Below, one piece after another: positions 18,860 to 27,220 of a DNA stretch of 64,000 bases (its first letter is position 1; each line of letters starts with the position of its first letter). This DNA is from Candidatus Aenigmatarchaeota archaeon. GTDB lineage: Archaea; Aenigmatarchaeota; Aenigmatarchaeia; QMZS01. The stretch is from contig JAGLVB010000005.1 of the NCBI GenBank assembly GCA_023134135.1, positions 19,715-83,714 of the forward strand. Reading direction: 5' to 3'. The notes under the pieces are model-generated. The model was given only the letters and a program-made list of their open reading frames with translations, searched no databases and was not told the DNA's origin. The position numbers and the translations under genes were made by a program.

Positions 18860-18922
18860 AATTTATTTTTTATTCATATTATTCAAAATCTTAAACATAA
18901 ACATATTATTTTGTTAAGTATT

Positions 18923-19741
18923 ATGAGAGTGGATAATTTTATTTCAGCATTTTTTTTACTAATTTTCTTTTTAATTCCAATCCATGCTATAGATATTACA
19001 ACAATTTCTTTTTCTCAAAACATAACTGAAATTTTACCATGTTTTACAGCAGATAAAACTAAAATATTTGTTACACATTTTTCAGCAGAAAAAAATGAGA
19101 CTAAAGAAGTGCCAATTTATATTACAAGCGTTAGTAATCTATCAGAAGTTGTTGTTTTTATCAAGTATAATAATAAGGTAATAAAACCTGATTATATCTC
19201 TGATGGAAACTTTAACATTAGTTATATGGTTGAAGATGAAATAAAAATAAATCTTAACTTAAACGAAACTTTTACAGGAGATTTTTTGTTGGCAAAGATT
19301 TTTTTTAAAGCAATAGGTGATGGAGGAGAAAGCACTTCTATTACTATTGAAGTTGACAAGTTTCTGGATAATAATTCAAATGAAATTATTTACTTAACCT
19401 TGAATGGTATGTTTAGCATAAACCTTGAATATGCGGAAGAAACAAAAGATTCTGAAGGAGGGGTGGACTCCAGTCTTGAAGGTCTAATAAACTCAGACAA
19501 TCCCGCAGAATATGCTGAAAAAAATAATCTTGAATTTGAAGACGGAAAAGTCAAAGTTGTGATGGAGACAAATGATTCAAAAGAAGAAAAATTTGTAAGC
19601 ATAGATGAACTCAACAATCTTACAAACAATGAAACCATCACAAGAATCAGCCCTTACAGGGAGATTCCTGTAAAAGAAATAATTATTATACTTGCAATTA
19701 TAATCCTGTTAATTATTCTTATTTTAAAACTTCGAAGATGA
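18923..19741 (+). CDS. Cohesin-like domain protein with C-terminal membrane anchor
   Basis: Signal peptide present. Cohesin-like beta-sandwich pattern (VPIYITSVSNLSEVVVFIKYNNKVIKP...FLLAKIFFKAIGDGGESTSITIE). Acidic linker, C-terminal TM plus KLRR. ATG at 18923; the track uses TTG at 18911. Confidence 0.5.
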   Translation: MRVDNFISAFFLLIFFLIPIHAIDITTISFSQNITEILPCFTADKTKIFVTHFSAEKNETKEVPIYITSVSNLSEVVVFIKYNNKVIKPDYISDGNFNISYMVEDEIKINLNLNETFTGDFLLAKIFFKAIGDGGESTSITIEVDKFLDNNSNEIIYLTLNGMFSINLEYAEETKDSEGGVDSSLEGLINSDNPAEYAEKNNLEFEDGKVKVVMETNDSKEEKFVSIDELNNLTNNETITRISPYREIPVKEIIIILAIIILLIILILKLRR

Positions 19742-20967
19742 AAGGGGTTTTGTTTTCAGTGATATTTACGCTTATTTTAATAGTTGTCCTCTCTCTGGTA
19801 TTATTGCAAAGAGAAAATGTTTCTTATGAAAGACATAATATATTTTTAACCCAGGAAATCAAGGATTTGAAATACACTTATAACAGCATTGAAAGAAGTA
19901 TCCACATATTATCAGATGTCACTGTAAAAAGAGCTGTAATTTCATCTTTAAATGAGATTATAGACAGCGGAAGTTTTTTTGCGGATAACAAAACAGAAGA
20001 GAACCTTCTCGAACTTATCTGGAACGGAACTTTGAACGGGACAAATATTTCCGGAATGGGGGATAATACTTTAAGCAATAGCATATCCGAACTTGAAATA
20101 TTTTATAAAGACACCAAAGATTATGATATAAGCATAAACCTTAAACAAAGCAAAATATCGCTAGACAACTCTTTTTACATCCTGTTTAGTGCAACTGCTG
20201 AGATTAATATTTCTAAAGAAGGACTTGCAAGGATTTCCAAAGAAGTTGAAATAATTGAAAAGGTATGGATTGATGATTTTGAAGACCCTCTTTATCTTAT
20301 AAATATAACTGCGGGCAAAGGTTCCAGAAAAATAAAGAAAAGCGAATATATTGGTGATTTTTCAGAATTGATTTTAAGCGGAAATACTGAAAGCGGGTGG
20401 TGTTATGGGGAACTTGTAATTACCGATAATATAACAACCATTCCTGATAAAGATGAAAAGATTGCTGTTGTTGCAACTGCTTTGATTTACTCTCCCTCTG
20501 AAATAAATGATTTTTGCGGAATAATCTCTGAAAGCAATTTTCCTGCAAATGTTACAATACCCCGTCTTAAAAATAATAATGCAACAACCATATTGATTGA
20601 CAATTCAAACATTTTACTGTCCGGGGGGAAAGGCAAAGTCTGGAATATAAGCAATTTTATTAAACATGTTGATAACAAAAGATATATAAACTCAACCTCA
20701 GGTCCGAGTTTCTTTGACAGGATGGAAGGAAAAAATTACTGCTCCTATTGTTCAGCAAATCGCAGTGTTGGGTTGGAAAGTTTTGCTGATAAAAATGAAT
20801 TGTTAAGTTACGGGATTGATGTGGAAGTGGATGCAACAAATATTGAATATCTTTATATGAATATTACCTCTGGAGTTGATGTTGGACTGGATGAAAGTAA
20901 CACCGGAGTTACTGAGTTTAAATATTTTAGGATTGATGAGGATTCGATTGAGAGGTATTTTAAATAA
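19738..20967 (+). CDS. Pilin-like/N-terminally anchored extracellular protein
   Basis: MKGVLFSVIFTLILIVVLSLVLL N-terminus (KG followed by a hydrophobic helix). The sequon-rich 409-aa body has no recognisable domain. Confidence 0.45.
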   Translation: MKGVLFSVIFTLILIVVLSLVLLQRENVSYERHNIFLTQEIKDLKYTYNSIERSIHILSDVTVKRAVISSLNEIIDSGSFFADNKTEENLLELIWNGTLNGTNISGMGDNTLSNSISELEIFYKDTKDYDISINLKQSKISLDNSFYILFSATAEINISKEGLARISKEVEIIEKVWIDDFEDPLYLINITAGKGSRKIKKSEYIGDFSELILSGNTESGWCYGELVITDNITTIPDKDEKIAVVATALIYSPSEINDFCGIISESNFPANVTIPRLKNNNATTILIDNSNILLSGGKGKVWNISNFIKHVDNKRYINSTSGPSFFDRMEGKNYCSYCSANRSVGLESFADKNELLSYGIDVEVDATNIEYLYMNITSGVDVGLDESNTGVTEFKYFRIDEDSIERYFK

Positions 20968-20998
20968 CAAGATTTATTTATAATTGAATAACTTAATA

Positions 20999-21691
20999 AT
21001 GAAAATTCATAAAAAGAACAAAGTATCAAAAAAGGATTTGTTAATTGCTATTCTTTATTTAGAGATATTAGTTTCTGCTTTTATCCTACCTCTAATGGGT
21101 TTTTATTCTGTATTGGGATTAATTTTAAGTGAGGTATTTTATATAATACTGGCTTATTGGCTCCACCCAAAATTAAAAACCTTAAATCCAACTCAAAAAC
21201 GAAAGTTTAATTTAGGTATTATAATCCTATTCATATCTTTAAATTTAGGTATTATTTTAGAGCCTTATTCCCTTATAAACGGAACTTATCCAACTATAAA
21301 AAGTATCTCTTCTTACATCACATTGCCTGCATTATTTAGCTTGTTTATTTTAACAAGTCATTCACTTAATCACTTAGAAAAAATTGCCAAAGAAGCTATG
21401 GAATATATAAGTAAAATTATGATCATAATAACCTTTTTATTTCTCATAATTTCCAATAATATTTTATTCTCACAAACAGTAATTGAAATAATTGTAATTG
21501 GTATTTGCTTTATTTTAGTTTCTGGGGTTATTGGAATAGCTTATCTTTATGAAAAAGTTGATTCCAAAAAAAACAAATCTGATTTAAGAAAATCTTTGCT
21601 GTTCTCATATTCATTCTTTTTGTTATTACTCGTTTTTATGATGACTTCACTTTCAATCATAACAAATCTACCATTATCTCTTATTTATTAA
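20999..21691 (+). CDS. Polytopic membrane protein, unknown function
   Basis: At least six hydrophobic segments. ATG at 20999; the track uses TTG at 20984. Confidence 0.5.
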   Translation: MKIHKKNKVSKKDLLIAILYLEILVSAFILPLMGFYSVLGLILSEVFYIILAYWLHPKLKTLNPTQKRKFNLGIIILFISLNLGIILEPYSLINGTYPTIKSISSYITLPALFSLFILTSHSLNHLEKIAKEAMEYISKIMIIITFLFLIISNNILFSQTVIEIIVIGICFILVSGVIGIAYLYEKVDSKKNKSDLRKSLLFSYSFFLLLLVFMMTSLSIITNLPLSLIY

Positions 21692-21730
21692 TCTGAAAAT
21701 GTAAAAATAAATTGAATCAAAAAATTAAAA

Positions 21731-22138
21731 TTAGTTATGTATAATTGCAGTATCTGTGTGTGTTAAAGTACTTAACCTATCTACATAAGTTAAATTCATA
21801 TAGATGTCTGACGTACTTGTATCACTTATATTTATTTTAAACTGCTGATTTGCCGATATATTCATGAGTGCAACACCTTCTATACTACAAGTTCCTCCGC
21901 TAATAGTGCAGCCTACATTATTCAAATCTCTGGGACCATTTTTGATTATTAAATCACCTTCAGCATAATCCACATATGCAAATTTTGAGAAACAAGGACT
22001 GCAAGGCATTGCTGAACTGCTTGGATTAAATACCCCCATTGAATAAAGCGCTGCTATTGCTATTACAACTATCGCTATTGCGATACCATAAGTCATTAGA
22101 TATTCTAAGGAAACTTGTCCTTTTCTTGTATCAATCAT
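21731..22138 (-). CDS. Major pilin candidate, class III signal peptide (DUF361/Epd type), paralogue 1
   Basis: MIDTRKGQVSLEYLMTYGIAIAIVVIAIAALY. 135 aa. The first 51 aa are identical to the neighbouring paralogue. Confidence 0.8.
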   Translation of the reverse strand: MIDTRKGQVSLEYLMTYGIAIAIVVIAIAALYSMGVFNPSSSAMPCSPCFSKFAYVDYAEGDLIIKNGPRDLNNVGCTISGGTCSIEGVALMNISANQQFKINISDTSTSDIYMNLTYVDRLSTLTHTDTAIIHN

Positions 22139-22163
22139 AATTAAGTGTGTTTTATATATAATA
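21996..22163. repeat. 168-nt block identical to 22495-22662 (tandem duplication, period 499 bp)
   Basis: Direct comparison of the two pilin loci. The block covers 25 nt of 5' flank plus about 47 codons. Outside it the copies diverge. Confidence 0.9.
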
Positions 22164-22229
22164 ATCCCTTTTAAATTGAAATTGGTTAATTTAACAGAAA
22201 ATTAAAAATCCAGAAAATAAAAATCAAAA

Positions 22230-22637
22230 TTAGTTGTGTATTGTTGCTATGTCGGTGTGTGGTAATCCGCTCAAGGCATCAGTATAACTTAAAGTCAGGG
22301 GTACATTCTGCTCGGTTTTATTACCTAGAGTTATTTTAAATTGTTGATTTGCTGATAGGTTTACTAAGGCAAAACTGTCAATATTGCAGGTTCCTCCAGT
22401 AACATTACAATATACATTTTCCAAAGCCCTAGGTCCATTTTTAATCATTAACTCGCCATCAGCATAATCCACATATGCAAAACTTGAGAAACATGGACTG
22501 CAAGGCATTGCTGAACTGCTTGGATTAAATACCCCCATTGAATAAAGCGCTGCTATTGCTATTACAACTATCGCTATTGCGATACCATAAGTCATTAGAT
22601 ATTCTAAGGAAACTTGTCCTTTTCTTGTATCAATCAT
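22230..22637 (-). CDS. Major pilin candidate, class III signal peptide (DUF361/Epd type), paralogue 2
   Basis: Same N-terminal 51 aa as 21731..22138 with a diverged C-terminal globular part. 135 aa. Confidence 0.8.
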   Translation of the reverse strand: MIDTRKGQVSLEYLMTYGIAIAIVVIAIAALYSMGVFNPSSSAMPCSPCFSSFAYVDYADGELMIKNGPRALENVYCNVTGGTCNIDSFALVNLSANQQFKITLGNKTEQNVPLTLSYTDALSGLPHTDIATIHN

Positions 22638-22662
22638 AATTAAGTGTGTTTTATATATAATA
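22495..22662. repeat. Second copy of the 168-nt identical pilin 5' block
   Basis: See 21996-22163. Confidence 0.9.
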
Positions 22663-22728
22663 CCCTTTTTAAGGGAAAATTGGTTGATTTTATAACTATT
22701 GCGTGGAAACTAAATGAAATATTCTAAA

Positions 22729-24009
22729 TTATTCAAGTAGCCATTTCCACAAAGGAACAACTCTTATAACAAATCCATCCTGTTTAATTTCCTCTTCTTC
22801 ATCATAACTGATAATCAATAACTCCCTGCATTTCAATTCTTCGGATGCTTTAACTAAACCTTTAATTTCCCTTTTTCGCGTATCATCATCTTCAAGAGAA
22901 TAACAAACCTGAATTAATTGTTTAACTTTCAGTCCATCTTTTACAACAAAATCAACTGCGCTATTTATTCCATTCCAGAAATATAAATCCAATCCGGGAT
23001 TTATTGCTTGTTTTCTTTTTAATTCCAAAAAAACAACATTCTCAATTATCCTTGTTTTATTGTCAAACATTGGCGGAGAAATAGCGTTCACCAGCCCCGC
23101 ATCTATCGCATAAATTTTTTTTGGCGAAATCAATTGTATTTTTGTTTTGTAAGAAAAAGGGAATAATTGAAAAATAAGATATGATTCTTCCACATAAGAA
23201 ATATAATTTTTTATTGTATGCACGCTTTTAACATCAAATAAATTTTTAAGTTTATTGTATGAAATTTCTTTTGAACAATTTGAAATAATATAATTTATAA
23301 TTTCTTTCAATGTTTTCGAGTATTTTATATTGTATCTTGTTACTATATCTTTTCCAATAATTCCATTATACAGGGTTGTTAGATAATTTTTGTTTTCTTT
23401 GTATTTCAAAACTTCTGGAAACCCCCCTGTTTTCAGATAGTCTCCAAGATATTTTTTTATACTGCCTATTCTTTTTGGCAGATAGATATCTTCCCGAGAT
23501 ATTTTAAAATCTTTGTAGTTCAAAAATTCTCTAAATGAAAAAGGATAAATTTGTATTTCATTATATCTTCCTGTAAGATGCGTCGCCAATTCCTTGCTTA
23601 ATAATTTTGCATTGCTTCCTGTAATTACTAAATTATATCCCTGTCTTTGCAACCGGTTTACAAATAATTCCCATCCTTCTATATTTTGTATTTCGTCAAA
23701 AAACAGGAATTTAAAATTTCCATAAATTTCGTGCAAGGTTTCAATAATTTTGTTGCTATCTTCAATTGATATTCTGGATAATTTTTCATCATCAAAATTA
23801 ACATAAGCAAACTTTTCTTTTTCAAGCAATTCGAGTGAAAAAATTGATTTCCCGCATCTCCTGATTCCTGTTATAACTTTGATTAATTTAGTTTTCTTAA
23901 ATTTTTTCATTACTGGGAGAATTTCTCTCTCAATTAATTTCTGTTTTTTTGTTTCTTTTAATTCCTCTTTTTGAAGAATTAAAATCTTTTTAAGTTCTTC
24001 TTTATTCAT
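22729..24009 (-). CDS. AAA-type ATPase with DUF4143-like C-terminus (COG1373 family)
   Basis: P-loop GIRRCGKS, Walker B FLFFDEIQ, and the GGFPEV motif typical of this archaeal ATPase family. Confidence 0.75.
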   Translation of the reverse strand: MNKEELKKILILQKEELKETKKQKLIEREILPVMKKFKKTKLIKVITGIRRCGKSIFSLELLEKEKFAYVNFDDEKLSRISIEDSNKIIETLHEIYGNFKFLFFDEIQNIEGWELFVNRLQRQGYNLVITGSNAKLLSKELATHLTGRYNEIQIYPFSFREFLNYKDFKISREDIYLPKRIGSIKKYLGDYLKTGGFPEVLKYKENKNYLTTLYNGIIGKDIVTRYNIKYSKTLKEIINYIISNCSKEISYNKLKNLFDVKSVHTIKNYISYVEESYLIFQLFPFSYKTKIQLISPKKIYAIDAGLVNAISPPMFDNKTRIIENVVFLELKRKQAINPGLDLYFWNGINSAVDFVVKDGLKVKQLIQVCYSLEDDDTRKREIKGLVKASEELKCRELLIISYDEEEEIKQDGFVIRVVPLWKWLLE

Positions 24010-24018
24010 AATATATAT

Positions 24019-24058
24019 TGCAAACTATTTATATAAAGTTTGCATTACACTGCAAACT
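24019..24058. promoter_or_regulatory. Inverted repeat TGCAAACT-N10-AGTTTGCA bracketing a TATA-like element, plus a third TGCAAACT copy
   Basis: Copies at 24019-24026, 24037-24044 and 24051-24058. The spacer ATTTATATAA lies about 20-30 nt upstream of the ATPase start (24009, minus strand). Confidence 0.5.
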
Positions 24059-24158
24059 TTTTAATACTCCTATAGACCAGAAATCTTACAATTTATAACC
24101 CTTTTTTGATATAAATCACTTAAAAATGACAATAAGCCACATATAGGGACAACAAACC

Positions 24159-24722
24159 CTAAATAAAATTCATTAACCCGAACAATCCAATCGCTATCAG
24201 AAAAATAAATACCCATGCTTTGGGGTTGTAATTGAAAATCTTTGAACCATCGAGAGGGGGAAATGGCAATAAGTTAAAGATTGCAAGCCAGATATTTATT
24301 TGCGCGGCAAGGAATAATATAGGTGAATTAAACACAAACACCAAATACAACAAAATTGCTCCAAGAATAATATTTGCAACAGGACCTGCGGCGGAAATTT
24401 TGAAACTGGCGTCTCTCATTTTTTCCCTGCTTCCAACAAGTCCCGCTGAGATTACCACGGCTCCGGGGGCGGCAAATATAAATCCTCCAAGAGAAGAAAC
24501 AATTGCAATCAACAAACCAGTAGGCCACATCTCGAATTTTGCGCTAAACCCTAATCTCTTTGCAACCTGCCTGTGAGCCAGTTCATGAGTTATAAAACTA
24601 ACGCCAATTATAAACAAAAACATCAGGAAATATTCTAAAGAAACCATTCTCACCGCAATCATAAACGCCAGACTCAAAGCAAACCACGAGATAATAATAT
24701 CCTTTAATTCAGTATTGTCCAT
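24159..24722 (-). CDS. Peptidase M50 (site-2 protease-like) membrane metalloprotease
   Basis: HELAHR zinc motif within a TM segment and the NLLPFPPLDGSK motif. Confidence 0.8.
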   Translation of the reverse strand: MDNTELKDIIISWFALSLAFMIAVRMVSLEYFLMFLFIIGVSFITHELAHRQVAKRLGFSAKFEMWPTGLLIAIVSSLGGFIFAAPGAVVISAGLVGSREKMRDASFKISAAGPVANIILGAILLYLVFVFNSPILFLAAQINIWLAIFNLLPFPPLDGSKIFNYNPKAWVFIFLIAIGLFGLMNFI

Positions 24723-24783
24723 AATTAAACCTTTTAAAAAAACATTAATTGCTCTGCAATTATTTAAATTTAGGATAAAATAT

Positions 24784-26007
24784 CTATTTAAACAAAGACA
24801 TAATCCATGAAATTAAATTCATAAAAAACGCAATTAAAGGATTTTGATTGGTGTCTGTTTTAATTATTTCTCCGGGAATATTTTCCACGCACGGAATTTC
24901 TCCCTTCCAATCGCAGAAGAATACCTTTGCGTAGTATTTCGCTGAATCTCCTTTTATAACTATGCCCGCTTCCCTGTTCTTTTTTGGCGAATGCTTATTC
25001 CAGTTTATGCTTGACACTAAAACCGTTGTGTTATCTATAATCACGCCCTTGTTATGAATTTTCTCGAGATTGGTTTTATCAAGATTAATGAGCCTTGCTT
25101 CAAGATTTAAGTTTTCTTCTTCCGCTATCTGATTTACATATTCCACTGTGTGATAATTGCTAACCGGATTTTTCCTATCAATATTATACCAGTAACTATC
25201 AAGCAAAATTTTAACATCAACTCCTTCTCTTGACTTGTTTATAACTTTCTCAAGGAAAAGGCTCGGCGTTTCATCAACAGAGCCATCCTTCTTTGAACCC
25301 CAATATTTGTAAATATACATCTGCTGGATATAAATTGAAGTATCTGCCGACTCTATCAATTCCAAAATATCATCAATTGCATTTGGGGCAAATATTGAAT
25401 AGACTTCCTGATTTCTGAATCTTTCAGGTTCAATTCCAGGGCTATAATACCCAACCTCAGGATTGCATGCAGTTTTATAATCATCAAGTTCGCACACAAA
25501 TTCTTCAGAAATTTTTAAGTCACCAAAAAATGTTTTTAGAAAGTCATTTGCGGTTTTGTCATCCTCAACAACCGCGCCCCATCCCCGATTTCCAAAAGAA
25601 GGGTTTCTGGAAAATCCGGTGTAACCAAAATTCTCAGATGCAATTAAAACAGAAGAATTATCCTTGATTATGTATTTTGCGTGATGAAAACCCTCGCCAT
25701 CATAAAGAACAACACGAATATTATTTTCTTTCAGTCCGCACAAAATTTTCTTCTCAGCTAATTTCATACCGCTCACAGGAACATTCTCAACTAACAGGAT
25801 AATCTCAGTATTATCTTTTTTCTCAATCAGGTCTGCAATGCAGGGATTAGTGAATTCATAAACCGCGATATACAAAGAAGAATAATCTGAAAGAAAATTC
25901 TCAAGAGATTCATAACTGCAATCAGGGTTTACAAATGTTGTTACTTCAGCAGCATTAACAGGTGTTATTGCTAAAACAAGGATTAATAAAATTAATTTGC
26001 GGTTCAT
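24784..26007 (-). CDS. Secreted phospholipase D-superfamily protein (two HKD motifs)
   Basis: Signal peptide present. HHAKYIIKD and HNKGVIID are both H-x-K-x4-D motifs, each followed by a (G/S)S-x-N-type segment. Hydrophobic C-terminus. Confidence 0.8.
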   Translation of the reverse strand: MNRKLILLILVLAITPVNAAEVTTFVNPDCSYESLENFLSDYSSLYIAVYEFTNPCIADLIEKKDNTEIILLVENVPVSGMKLAEKKILCGLKENNIRVVLYDGEGFHHAKYIIKDNSSVLIASENFGYTGFSRNPSFGNRGWGAVVEDDKTANDFLKTFFGDLKISEEFVCELDDYKTACNPEVGYYSPGIEPERFRNQEVYSIFAPNAIDDILELIESADTSIYIQQMYIYKYWGSKKDGSVDETPSLFLEKVINKSREGVDVKILLDSYWYNIDRKNPVSNYHTVEYVNQIAEEENLNLEARLINLDKTNLEKIHNKGVIIDNTTVLVSSINWNKHSPKKNREAGIVIKGDSAKYYAKVFFCDWKGEIPCVENIPGEIIKTDTNQNPLIAFFMNLISWIMSLFK

Positions 26008-26070
26008 TATAAGAGTTATAAATTAAAAATATACTTTTGGTAATCCCTATAACCTAAATCAAACTAACTT

Positions 26071-27189
26071 ATGGAGAGGCTCAAAACAGAATACCGCGGG
26101 TTTACACTTTACAATGCGGGTCTTCCTGGTTTTCCAAGAAACTTTACGAGAGATGGCATAATATCCGCAATTCTCTCCAGAGATTCCAGGATGCTTGAAA
26201 ACCAACTTAATTTCTGCACTTATGAACAAGGAGTAACCAAAAATCCTAATAACGGGGAAGAACCCGGCAAAATATCTCATGAATACCCGGAAGTGACTAT
26301 TGGAAAATTATCAACTAAATTCAGCGCCTGCGACACAACTGCCTTGTTCCTGATAGGGCATAAATTTTACATTGATTTAACCGGGGATAAAAGTCTGGCA
26401 GAATACCAACAAAAAAGTATAAAAAACGCAATTAAATATATTCTCTCCCACCTCAATCAGGATAATCTGTTTATGGAAGATCCAAAATTCTGCGATGGAA
26501 AAAGATTTGCAACAAAGACAACCTACTGGAAAGATTCTGAAATAATTAACCGGAAGAACGGAGAACCTGTTTATCCAATATGTTATCTGCTGGCTCATAT
26601 CCAAAATATGTGCGGGATGAGATGTGCAGCAAAAATATTAAACTCAAAATATTTTAGGATTGCGGAAAAAATGAAGAAAAGCATTGAAAAATTATTCAAT
26701 CCAACCTCTGATAATTTTTATATTGCTGTTGACAAAAAAGGTCCTATCGAAGCAGTAAGTTCTGACTTCCTGCATATGTTATTTTATCTTGAACCCGGAG
26801 ACCTGAAAAACAAACAACTGGAGGGAATTATTGAAAACTCAAAAAAAATTGAAACTAAACTGGGATACCGGACACTTGAACCTGAATTATCAGGAAAAAC
26901 AAAATCCGAATACCACACAAAAACAGTCTGGCCTTTTGAACAGGCAATAATAAATAACGGAGCAATAAAACACAGGCTTTGGGTGGAAAGGCATGGATTT
27001 GCAGGTCTTGCAAAAAGCCTGAGGTATGTGGAAGAAGTAAGTTCAAGAGTTATATCTAGATTGGATACTGACCCGGAAATATTTGTTTTAGGCAATCCTA
27101 AAACTGAAAAGGGAGGTTGCGACCCTCAGTTATGGACTATTGCCGCGAAAAAATATTTTAAGAAATTTAGGTATCATCACTTTATTTGA
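26071..27189 (+). CDS. Glycogen debranching enzyme C-terminal-like (alpha/alpha)6 glycoside hydrolase
   Basis: Pattern resembles amylo-alpha-1,6-glucosidase-type domains (TYWKDS, TVWPFEQA). Assignment from memory only. Confidence 0.5.
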   Translation: MERLKTEYRGFTLYNAGLPGFPRNFTRDGIISAILSRDSRMLENQLNFCTYEQGVTKNPNNGEEPGKISHEYPEVTIGKLSTKFSACDTTALFLIGHKFYIDLTGDKSLAEYQQKSIKNAIKYILSHLNQDNLFMEDPKFCDGKRFATKTTYWKDSEIINRKNGEPVYPICYLLAHIQNMCGMRCAAKILNSKYFRIAEKMKKSIEKLFNPTSDNFYIAVDKKGPIEAVSSDFLHMLFYLEPGDLKNKQLEGIIENSKKIETKLGYRTLEPELSGKTKSEYHTKTVWPFEQAIINNGAIKHRLWVERHGFAGLAKSLRYVEEVSSRVISRLDTDPEIFVLGNPKTEKGGCDPQLWTIAAKKYFKKFRYHHFI

Positions 27190-27220
27190 AGATAATTAAA
27201 ATATATTTCATTGTTGTTTT

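Noticed and set aside
21731-22662. Diversity-generating retroelement acting on the pilin C-termini
   Set aside because: The window has no reverse transcriptase gene. I saw no separate template repeat. The differences between the copies are not confined to adenine positions.
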